DNA of 34,894 nucleotides from NCBI GenBank assembly GCA_002269645.1, contig NIVC01004797.1, positions 1-34,894 on the forward strand, given 5' to 3'. Both the position numbers and the translations under genes were made by a program. The notes below the pieces were generated by a model that had not been told where the DNA came from, did not search any database, and was given only the letters and a program-made list of their open reading frames with translations. The DNA comes from Macrostomum lignano. Taxonomy: Eukaryota. Positions 1-8,806 of this stretch are shown one piece after another (within the stretch, counting starts at the first letter, position 1; each line of letters starts with the position of its first letter).

Positions 1-237
1 TGGGGAAAGGAAGTCGATTTTTCTGACTGAGCTGCTTGAAGACAGGTTTATAACTAGAAGATTTGGGAGCACCCTCGACTGAAGATTCAGATACTGGCTG
101 TGCAGTGAGAAATTCGTTGCTGCACTACAGTTGGCTTAAGCCAAAGTTCTGCATCAACTTAAGAAGCGAGCAGTGTCCGTGGCACACGAGCAGTAAAGTT
201 GGCAGAAGCAGATTTGGTGAAGAAGTTGACGATCGAA

Positions 238-810
238 ATGAGCCCACCAGCTACAGCCCTAAGAGTGACCAATCTGGTTGGCGGAGTAGATCTGAGACTG
301 GATGGTGGCAGGGGCGCTCAGCTGCCTCTACGGGAACTGGCTCTCAGCATGGCTCATGTGATCTACCGGCCCGTCTGGCCCCGGGTGCTCATCAAGCGGA
401 TGCGGATTCCCAGAGTGACTCTCCTACTCTACCCTACTGGGCAACTGAGCATCTGCGGTGCCAAGACCCACGCAGACGCCAAAAGGGCTGCCCGTCGCTT
501 CGTGGCTATGCTGCATCGGAGAGTGCCGGCTCAACTGCTGCCTCATCAAACAATTTGTGTTCGAATTAAAACTATTACTGCTCATGGACAGCTCCCAGTT
601 CATTCCGCACTTTCCTTATTAATGTTAAAATCAATTATCCCAAACGCCGAATATGAACCAGAATCCTTTTCTGCTTTAATTTTCAATTTAAACTTTTGTA
701 AATGTCTGCTTTTTCACAGCGGCTCTTTTGTTCTCAGTGGAGCTCGGTCCTTGAATCAGTTGCATACCGATAGCATGCGTCTACTCAATGTAGTTCTTTC
801 CATTGAATAA
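238..810 (+). CDS. Divergent TATA-binding protein (TBP)-like protein, 190 aa from the first ATG, intronless
   Basis: Two TBP repeats: VTNLV...VIYRP...RMRIPRVTLLLYPTGQLSICGAKT...AARRF and AEYEPESFSALIF...CLLFHSGSFVLSGARS (compare canonical YEPELFPGLIY and LIFVSGKVVLTGAK). The ORF-track start at 199 is TTG; the first ATG is at 238. The stop overlaps AATAAAAATAAA (poly(A) signals). Confidence 0.85.
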   Translation: MSPPATALRVTNLVGGVDLRLDGGRGAQLPLRELALSMAHVIYRPVWPRVLIKRMRIPRVTLLLYPTGQLSICGAKTHADAKRAARRFVAMLHRRVPAQLLPHQTICVRIKTITAHGQLPVHSALSLLMLKSIIPNAEYEPESFSALIFNLNFCKCLLFHSGSFVLSGARSLNQLHTDSMRLLNVVLSIE

Positions 811-1392
811 AAATAAAGTCAAGTCAAGCAATTTGCCGCAAATATTTCAATGATTAGTGAAAAGTGAATAAAAGGATAAACTTGGTATTCTTTACATTCA
901 TTTTCCCAGGCAGACAGCTATGGAACACTTCAAAAACGTATTTAGCCCATCACCAAAAGTATCGCAAAACGCATATCAAATCCGAAAGTAAACAATACTA
1001 CCATCGTTATAACAAACGATGTGCACCGAGAGAAGAGAAATAGAAAAGTGATAGAGAAAATATGATTAAAACGCTGATTGAATTTACAGGAACAATTTGT
1101 GTCAGATAAAAACCAAAAACACATTTTAAACAAGTAGTACACAAAGCAAACAAAAATGAATTAATATTGTATGAGCGCACTTGCCACACAGCTTTATAAA
1201 AAGTAAAACTTAAATTGATATCAATATTTCACGCCGCAAAAACAAATTGACAGCTAAATCTAGCGCAATTAGCCAAGCATACAAATTTGTAAAAGTTACT
1301 ACATGCAAGTCACTACATTTAAAACAGAATTTGGCAATTTAAACAACTCTAAAAGCAAGAAAAAGTACTAAACAGTCTGTTAAACACCCGCA

Positions 1393-4300
1393 CTAGACCA
1401 GTCGGATGCGCTTCAGCTGATCGTGGGATGCGGGCGTCAGCGCATAGTGTCCGTAGGGCAGGCTTCGATTACTGCTAAGCCACACTCGCTTATCCTCCCA
1501 CACCGATAGGCTTCTTTTCTCCATGACCGACGTGAAGATTTCGTGTTTCTTGGAAACAATCGCTGTCATGGCAACCATCTGCTCTTGCTTGGACTCGAAC
1601 GCGTCGACATAGTTCGCATGCGAAATTTGCTGTCTTACTACTGACTGCTTCACGCCTTTGGCAGTTTTCTTGATCTTTGCACTCGAATTCTCGGCAGGGA
1701 GAAACGAATAAAGTTTTGGACGCAAAAGAATCCACTCCTGGTAAATTCCACCAGCAGATTCATCTTTAACGCAGCCCAGCTTTCCTTTTAACTCTTCAGA
1801 GAAATGCGGATGGTCTCGAGAATAGTTGGATGTGTCAAGTATTTTTTCCTCTCTAAGCTTCGGGATTACCTCCGATGTTAAATCATGATTCTTGAAAGCT
1901 AGAAAAAATGAGTCAGTATCACCTCCGCAAAGCATCATGTCTCTGGAACCGTCTGAATGACAGAACAGCGGTCGGAGCCTGTCATATAGTAGGCTGTACA
2001 TGGCCATCTTAGAGAGATCGAGAACTGCCTGGCCAACGAAAATGGCCTTGTCAAGCGTGACTTTATCTTTTTTGAGCTGAAAAATGCTCAACGACTCATT
2101 GATAATCGAGAATGCGGCACAGTTTGGTCGAGAGGCGCAAGTTTCTGCTTGAGTCTGGTTAGTGCAAATTCGAACATCGCATCTTTTTCGAACGTTCTCC
2201 ATAGTTTTTCCAAAGAGAGAATTGTTTTTCAATTTGTAAAAATCCTTAGCAAACTCGGAAGTTGCCAAAGCTCTTTTTTCATTGTTGCTGGCAATGTACG
2301 GCGCGAAAATATTTTCCTGCTTGAACGAAATCATTTTTTTGACGCACTTGATCCGCATTCCGTGTTGCAGGTAAAATCTTAAAACGGTGCTGTGAACTAC
2401 GTAAGAATCCTTGTCGGTACAGGTGAGTAGAAGCTTCTCCGTTGCTTGAAACTTAGCTTCAGCATTGCCAGTTCGCTGTTCAGCAATCTCTTTCCATAGT
2501 TCGGCCATGTACGGCGAGAATTGATCTGGCTGTGGTTTTGATTTTTCAGGTGCAAACGGTAACTCCTGAGTCGAATCGTGAATCTCAGCTGGGTATTCTA
2601 GATCGAGTTGAACAAGGTAGGCGATCTCGGCTTCTGGATTGAGTGACAGAAACCGATTGGAGTCCCAGAACTGGATTTCCTGTTCCGGTACCCACCTGAA
2701 TTCCCTGCATGGAAGCGGAAGCGACAGGGCAAAGCCATACAAGTTGTTCATATCGATCGGCATGAGGCTTACACTCTCTTGCTGATCATCATAACCTGGC
2801 AAGCTAGGATTATTACCTTTGACGCAATGCACATTAATGAAGGACATGCCTCCTCGTATTCCCTTCTCAAACAGATGATACATGTCAGCATCAGTCAGCT
2901 GCTCTAGAACCACTCCAGTCGACTTTAGAGCTGAGTCGTAAGACAAACCAGGAGTAGTAAAGTAGTGTACCGGATCCAATCCGTCCTCTTTCAGACTGGC
3001 CTGTCGGAATGTCTCGAAAATGTCAGCCAGCTGCCTTACATCCATTTCAAGATAGGCGAGCATATAATCCTTCAAACTTTTGCATTGAAATGCCGCCCAT
3101 GCCGCTCTTGCTCTATTGTAGTCGTCGTCGGAAATTCCCCGATCGGAAAGTCGATTAAAAAAAGCATCTTTAGGCGGCAAAACCGACTGCTCGAGAATCT
3201 CAAATCCTGTGAGGTAATCATATGGGAAAATCCCTTTTTTTCGAAGTAGCTCTCTTGAAAGATGTGGTCTTGACTCAAGCATTTGCATTGTCAGCTTGCA
3301 TTCAGCTTCGGGAAGATTAGCAAACAAATTGGACAAACTTCCCTTCAAAAAGCAGAGCGAGTCGATGAACTGAATTGTAAACATGATTGGCACAACTTTT
3401 CCGTTCTTTACGTAACTTGCAACAGGGAATTCCGCCCTTAGTGACAAGTATCGCTCGGATGATTGCGGAACAACACTAAGTTTCCAATTTTTCATGCTCC
3501 CAAGCGCAGTGGAAAGTAGAAGATGAAGGTCGTAGCCGCCTAAGTTGTGAAAAACCAGGGGCAGAAACCGGCGTCGGAGCTGTGCTCGCAGGTTGCATTC
3601 TTGACATGCTGCACCTTTGTACTGTCCATTTAAATGATCGTGGTCAAAATGTTTATCTGTAGAACTTTTAAAGTTCTTCTTGCAGTAGTGACATACCTCA
3701 GCAGAATTGAAATCATCCATGACGGTCGCGGATGATCGGTCAGCCGGCTGGTGGCTATGCTTCTGGTTCCAGTGAAATATATCCTGAGCCAGGCTTTCAA
3801 GAGATTTGAGAAAACCAAGGATACACTCATCAGGGTCCGCATTGCAAAAGACCTTGTACATGTCTCCTTCTGGCCTAAGCGGAGGTCCTGTCATGCCTTC
3901 ACGAGGCACTGCAAGAAAAGCTGCTGCACATGGTTCATGCTTTGAGATCAGGTTAGCAGGGTCTGTGTTCGCTCGCAAAATGGCTTCCAGGTCGGCATAG
4001 GCAACGAATGGTGGACTGACAGTGTTTTGACAGTTTCGGAACTTTATTTCATTCTGTCCTGGAACTGGAAGCGTTTCTTTGACAGGATTTTCTGCAGTAA
4101 TGCTGCATTCGTTCCTGTGCTCTTGAAGCCTCTCGTTGCTATAAAATGATGTTAAACATTTCGTGCACCACTTCCTCATGGCGGGACCATTACGACTGTT
4201 CATTAACCTGTCAAAATTAGTAATTGCACACCAGTGCTCCGATCCGTAGCTGTCTTTAACTAGCAAAAGCATGAGGTGTCTTCGGTCATCTGACTCATGC

Positions 4301-5042
4301 TTGCGGCGACGGAGAAGAGTCACACTGCCCTGCTGCCAAGAGAACGCAGAAATGCAAATTCCTGGATTGTTAGACTCGACGCGATCGATATCAGCGACAC
4401 ACACTGGCATGGAGATTTCTGCAAAGTCCAGCTCACGCAACCATTCATCGTAAGAGGATATTCTGTTGGGCGATTTCTGAACTTTCGGATCGGCGCTGTG
4501 CAGTGCAGCGAGACAGGCGTACAGGAAACAGTCTTTGCCTGTGCTCGGTGGATTGATAACAGCCTTTTTGTTCTTCAAACTGGCAGGAAGATTGAATCTA
4601 ACGGCTCTGCCCTGGCGAAATCGAATTGGATTGTACCTGGCAAGGTTGATGTCTAGAAAATTAATTTGTTTAATTGTCCAGCCACTGCCGTTCGTATTAA
4701 TCATACTACAGATCCTCTCCAACTCCTGCTCCTGCTCAATCAACCAGTTGTTTAAACGGCCTGCTTCACCACCTAGGTCTAGGGCCTGCATTTTACAGCT
4801 TATCCATCTGTCCTCTTCGGCAAGCATCTCCCCATCTCTTATTCGGACCATTCGAATATTCGCCTTTAGCTGAACTTTGTAATGATGTCTTGAAATTCTT
4901 TGCTGAACTGCCTCAATAATTTTGTCTCCAGCTTGGACAAAAAATTCTGACGGAAGCGTGTCTGGGTGACTCGATCTGAGCCTCAGTATTTCCAGTGATT
5001 GATCATAGGCTTGGGCAACTCTGCTGAAGCTGACTGTTGAAC
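1393..5042 (-). CDS. polB: Protein-primed family B DNA polymerase (pPolB), main exon, with C2H2-like finger and inserted endonuclease VII-like domain
   Basis: Exo I YADLEA, Exo II FHNLGGYD, Exo III YLEMD; Pol motifs DMNNLYG, KLKNNSLFGK, GDTDS; N-terminal GSGW and KKAVINP...DCFLYA motifs; CHYC...DHDHLNG...CQECN insert. The frame is open 64 codons upstream of the ORF-track ATG (4851), up to a CAG acceptor ending at 5043. Confidence 0.95.
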
Positions 5043-5274
5043 CTGGTTTGTGGTTTTAGGATAATATTTTTGTTTTTTGCTGCCTATAGTTTCAAATATC
5101 AAAGATACTAAACTAAACGTCTGTACCCAAGCATACATGTACAACCCTACCGGTATAAAGTCTTTTATCTCCCCTTCTCCCATTCTTTGGACTAAAATTT
5201 TAGACTGCATAATATACATCGCATTGATAAGAAAATTTTTAAGTAAGTTGAAAAGGATAAATAAAGGCACTTAC

Positions 5275-5707
5275 CTTGGTGTGCATCAGTCACCGACTCG
5301 CTGTTGGCTGCTGACTCGCTGCTGGCTGCTGACTCGCTGCTGGCTGCTGACTCGCTGCTGGCTGCTGACTCGCTGCTGGCTGCTGACTCGCTGCTGGCTG
5401 CTGACTCGCTGCTGGCTGCTGACTCGCTGCTGGCTGCTGACTCGCTGCTGGCTGCCGACTCGCTGCTGGCTGCCGACTCGCTGCTGGCTGCCGACTCGCT
5501 GCTGGCTGCTGACTCGCTGCTGACGTCATGGTCCACCCAAGGGTGGTCATACTCGATCCACGAGTGGCCATTCTCCATCCACGAGTGGCCATTCTCCATC
5601 CATGAGTGGTCATTCTCCATCCATGAGTGGTCATTCTCCATCCATGAGTGGTCATTCTCCATCCATGAGTGGTCATTCTCCTGCTCCATCCAGGAGTGCT
5701 CAACCAT
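5275..5707 (-). CDS. Putative first exon of polB encoding (MENDHSW)n and (SESAAS)n repeats
   Basis: ATG at 5707 is the first Met after an in-frame stop. There is a consensus donor AAG|GTAAGT after 5275 in phase 1, matching the phase-1 acceptor CCAG|GT at 5043/5042. The joined product reads ...TDAHQ-G-STVSFSRV... and is 1360 aa. Confidence 0.65.
5296..5522. repeat. 18-bp tandem repeat CTGACTCGCTGCTGGCTG, about 12-13 copies (SESAAS on the minus strand)
   Basis: Directly visible near-perfect tandem units. Confidence 0.95.
5545..5700. repeat. 21-bp tandem repeat CATGAGTGGTCATTCTCCATC, about 7 copies (MENDHSW on the minus strand)
   Basis: Directly visible tandem units with divergent end copies. 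Confidence 0.9.
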
Positions 5708-6591
5708 AGAAAAGGCAAGCAGTTAAAAGCTGACAGTGTTTACTGGCTGCAACTGAGTGTCATAAGCAACTGGGAGTGAATATTTGAAATCTTTTTTCGT
5801 AAGTCTTTATTGCTGCAATACTGGTACAATATCCACACTTACAAGCTAGTAGATGCTGGTTATATTTTTTTGGTTCTCCCTTAAGCTAGCTCTCTGCATG
5901 CATATTCTATTGATCCCTATTCGTAAAAGTTCGTTTCTATTTGCCTCCTACGCAGACTCAATCGGTAAAAAATGCAAAATGAAGCCAATAGTTAATTAAC
6001 AAACCAATCACCGAGTGGAAAAATGCTGACATTATATATATATTTTTTAAAAAAATATCGAATTCACATGGTGCAATCATAGTCAATAAACAATGCATGG
6101 AACAATGAATTACAAATACAGACGAGAGTTTAGAAGCAGAAATATAGCTGAAAAGTTCAATAATTAAAGAATGAGGAAACACCGCATCAAAGCAGTAGAA
6201 AGAAAATTATACCTAATCAATCGCACCAAGCATACGAAACCATCACCAATTTATTGAAAGTATGTTATGTTGATTTTAATTTGTTAAATTCAACTGTATA
6301 ATGTTTCACCTACTTTTCAAATAATTTTTTTTTACCTCGGATACCAAAAAAATATTGGTTGCCACTACGAGCTACGAGCTTTTTTTAAAACTAATTTGGA
6401 AATGAAAACTGAAAACTTATAAGCAAGATTCCTAGAAGCGAATACAGAGTTATGAGATGATCAAATCATTAATTAATGTACCTACTTTCAACTTTAAAAA
6501 GCTAGTTGAAATAAAGTTTTAGCAATAATTGCAATAAATGGGTAGATTTCTCACTCCACACAGAAAGCAAAAAAGTACAAAAATTGCTTAG

Positions 6592-7992
6592 TCACAGCGG
6601 CACAATTCTAATACGATTTTCGAAAATCGTTACCTCGTACCCAGCCCCGCCGACAGGAGGCAGAAAGAAGGCAACTCCAGCTGGCACGGGTGGAGTTTCG
6701 GATTGAGAAGCTGGAATTGTAGAGGCTGCAGCTGGGGCGGCTGGAGCAGCTGGGGCAGCCAGAGCAGCTGGGGCGGCCAGAGCAGCTGGGGCGGCTGGAG
6801 CAGCTGGGGCGGCCAGAGCAGCTGGGGCGGCTGGAGCAGCTGGGGCAGCCAGAGCAGCTGGGGCGGCCAGAGCAGCTGGGGCGGCCAGAGCAGCTGGGGC
6901 GGCCAGAGCAGCTGGGGCGGCCAGAGCAGCTGGGGCGGCTGGAGCAGCTGGGGCGGCCAGAGCAGCTGGGGCGGCCAGAGCAGCTGGGGCGGCCAGAGCA
7001 GCTGGGGCGGACAGAGCAGCTGGGGCGGCCAGAGCAGCTGGGGCGGCCAGAGCAGCTGGGGCGGCTGGAGCAGCTGGGGCGGCCAGAGCAGCTGGGGCGG
7101 CTGGAGCAGCTGGGGCGGCCAGAGCAGCTGGGGCGGCCAGAGCAGCTGGGGCGGCCAGAGCAGCTGGGGCGGCCAGAGCAGCTGGGGCGGCCAGAGCAGC
7201 TGGGGCGGCTGGAGCTGCAGGTGGCACAATTGCATTATGCGACTCATTGTCGCTGCCCTCCTCTTCTAGGATTTCCATTTCGTGGTCGTCTTCAATTAGA
7301 TGAAGTTGTTTTCCAGCAATCACCGGAACCGAAGAGACAGGTTGCTGCTGCTGCTGCTGCTGACCAGCGTTGAATTCCCTGAGGAACTGATCCAGGACAT
7401 CTTCCTCTATGAAGTTTATGACAGCAGCAGCCTCGACTCCAGCAGCCTCGACTCCAGCAGCCTCGACTCCAGCGGCCTCGACTCCAGCAGCCTCGACTCC
7501 AGCAGCCTCGACTCCAGCAGCCTCGACTCCAGCGGCCTCGACTCCAGCAGCCTCGACTCCAGCAGCCTCGACTCCAGCAGACAGCTCAACTTCAAATTCT
7601 GCAGCTGCTGAAGACCCGCTTGGCCTCATCCTCTTCAATGTAGAGTCAATTACTTGACTCAAGTGAGCTGATAGCAGACTCCTGCTGGCTCCCTTTTTCT
7701 GCTGGCTCTTCTTTTCTCTCTCGTTGCTCTTTTTGATGGCGCGGATTACTTTCCAGCGGTTACTTTCTTGCTTTTTCTTGTCATCGCTGACGATCTTGTG
7801 TCCTCGATGATATGCTGGAATTTTTCCCTCCTGCAGAGCTTCGACGGTGCCGCACTGGTCGCATGCCAACCAGCATGAGACCAGACAGTTCTCATTCTCG
7901 TGGTGTCTTGGGGACACGCCTCCAAGCAGGCACACTTCGCAGCTTATACAGACCTCATAGAGGTCTCTATGACAACTTTTAAAAGTTTTCAT
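6592..7992 (-). CDS. Hypothetical 466-aa protein: Cys/His-rich N-terminus, basic segment, AAGVE repeats, Gln run, acidic patch, Ala/Pro repeats
   Basis: Long ATG-initiated ORF with non-repetitive N- and C-terminal parts, an AT-rich leader and TATAAAAG about 50 nt upstream. No family recognised. Confidence 0.7.
   Translation of the reverse strand: MKTFKSCHRDLYEVCISCEVCLLGGVSPRHHENENCLVSCWLACDQCGTVEALQEGKIPAYHRGHKIVSDDKKKQESNRWKVIRAIKKSNEREKKSQQKKGASRSLLSAHLSQVIDSTLKRMRPSGSSAAAEFEVELSAGVEAAGVEAAGVEAAGVEAAGVEAAGVEAAGVEAAGVEAAGVEAAGVEAAAVINFIEEDVLDQFLREFNAGQQQQQQQPVSSVPVIAGKQLHLIEDDHEMEILEEEGSDNESHNAIVPPAAPAAPAALAAPAALAAPAALAAPAALAAPAALAAPAAPAAPAALAAPAAPAAPAALAAPAALAAPAALSAPAALAAPAALAAPAALAAPAAPAAPAALAAPAALAAPAALAAPAALAAPAALAAPAAPAAPAALAAPAAPAAPAALAAPAALAAPAAPAAPAAASTIPASQSETPPVPAGVAFFLPPVGGAGYEVTIFENRIRIVPL
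6727..7215. repeat. 18-bp tandem repeat GCTGGGGCGGCCAGAGCA and variants, about 27 copies (AAPAAL/AAPAAP)
   Basis: Directly visible; built from two 9-bp sub-units. Confidence 0.95.
7425..7580. repeat. 15-bp tandem repeat GCAGCCTCGACTCCA, about 10 copies (AAGVE)
   Basis: Directly visible. Confidence 0.95.
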
Positions 7993-8042
7993 TTTGAAAG
8001 AGAAAGAGTTGTTTTTTAGAAGTAGTAAGGTTTTTAAAAATC

Positions 8043-8050
8043 CTTTTATA
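8043..8050 (-). promoter_or_regulatory. Candidate TATA box (TATAAAAG) for the 466-aa ORF
   Basis: Exact TATA consensus 51-58 nt upstream of the ATG at 7992; function inferred from position only. Confidence 0.45.
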
Positions 8051-8321
8051 CAATTTGTTTTTGTCTATTTGTTTATTTGTACTTGCGTGGCTGCTTATAT
8101 AGTAATTTGTACATGCATGCCCTCTCCTTATCATATCGTATATGAACATCCAGCCATGCTCAGGTAATAATTACTTTACCGTTATAGAGGCCACTGGCTG
8201 TAATTAGTGTATCCCCCCCGTCCCCTTATCCAGGTAAGCAACACCAGCCGTCCTCTGTGCAGTTGTAAAACTTTATAACCTTACCCTAACACAGAGCACA
8301 GAGATTGGCCACCCCTCTTAT

Positions 8322-8806
8322 CTCTGCAATGTTTAGCCGTTCCCAATGCACAGAGATAGGATCCTCTCCGCAGTGTATTTTTCCTATATCCTTTTTGCCG
8401 CCTATCTCGCCAGCGCTAGTGCGGCAGTATCATGAATCGCCTCTATCTCCGCAGTGCTTAGCCGTCCCCAATGCACAGAGATAGAGCTCATATCTCTGCA
8501 GTGCTTAGCCGTCCCCAATGCACAGAGATAGAGCTCATATCTCTGCAGTGCTTAGCCGTCCCCAATGCACAGAGATAGAGCTCATATCTCTGCAGTGCTT
8601 AGCCGTCCCCAATGCACAGAGATAGAGCTCATATCTCTGCAGTGCTTAGCCGTCCCCAATGCACAGAGATAGAGCTCATATCTCTGCAGTGCTTAGCCGT
8701 CCCCAATGCACAGAGATAGGGCTCATATCTCCGCAGTGTATTTTTCCCTATACATTTGCATTGCCGCCTATCTCGCCAGTGCTAGTGCGGCAGTATCATA
8801 ATTCGC
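8322..8806. repeat. 47-bp palindrome-containing tandem array (six copies at 8451, 8498, 8545, 8592, 8639, 8686, plus a diverged copy near 8325) with a duplicated flanking block; probably part of the element's terminal inverted repeat
   Basis: Unit GCAGTGCTTAGCCGTCCCCAATGCACAGAGATAGAGCTCATATCTCT; block 8370-8440 recurs at about 8733-8806. Confidence 0.95.

Noticed and set aside
63-569. 168-aa ORF overlapping the TBP-like gene
   Set aside because: Alternative frame with a non-ATG start and no motifs; the TBP frame explains the region.
5290-7657. Other-frame ORFs such as LAADSL, SQQPAA, PPQLLW, SSWGGQ, SSLDS and AASTP repeats
   Set aside because: Stop-free shadows of in-frame tandem repeats; only the frames with an ATG, unique flanks or splice support were kept.
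8451-8732. Palindromic 47-bp array as a CRISPR array
   Set aside because: The units are contiguous and identical with no unique spacers, there are no cas genes, and the context is eukaryotic.
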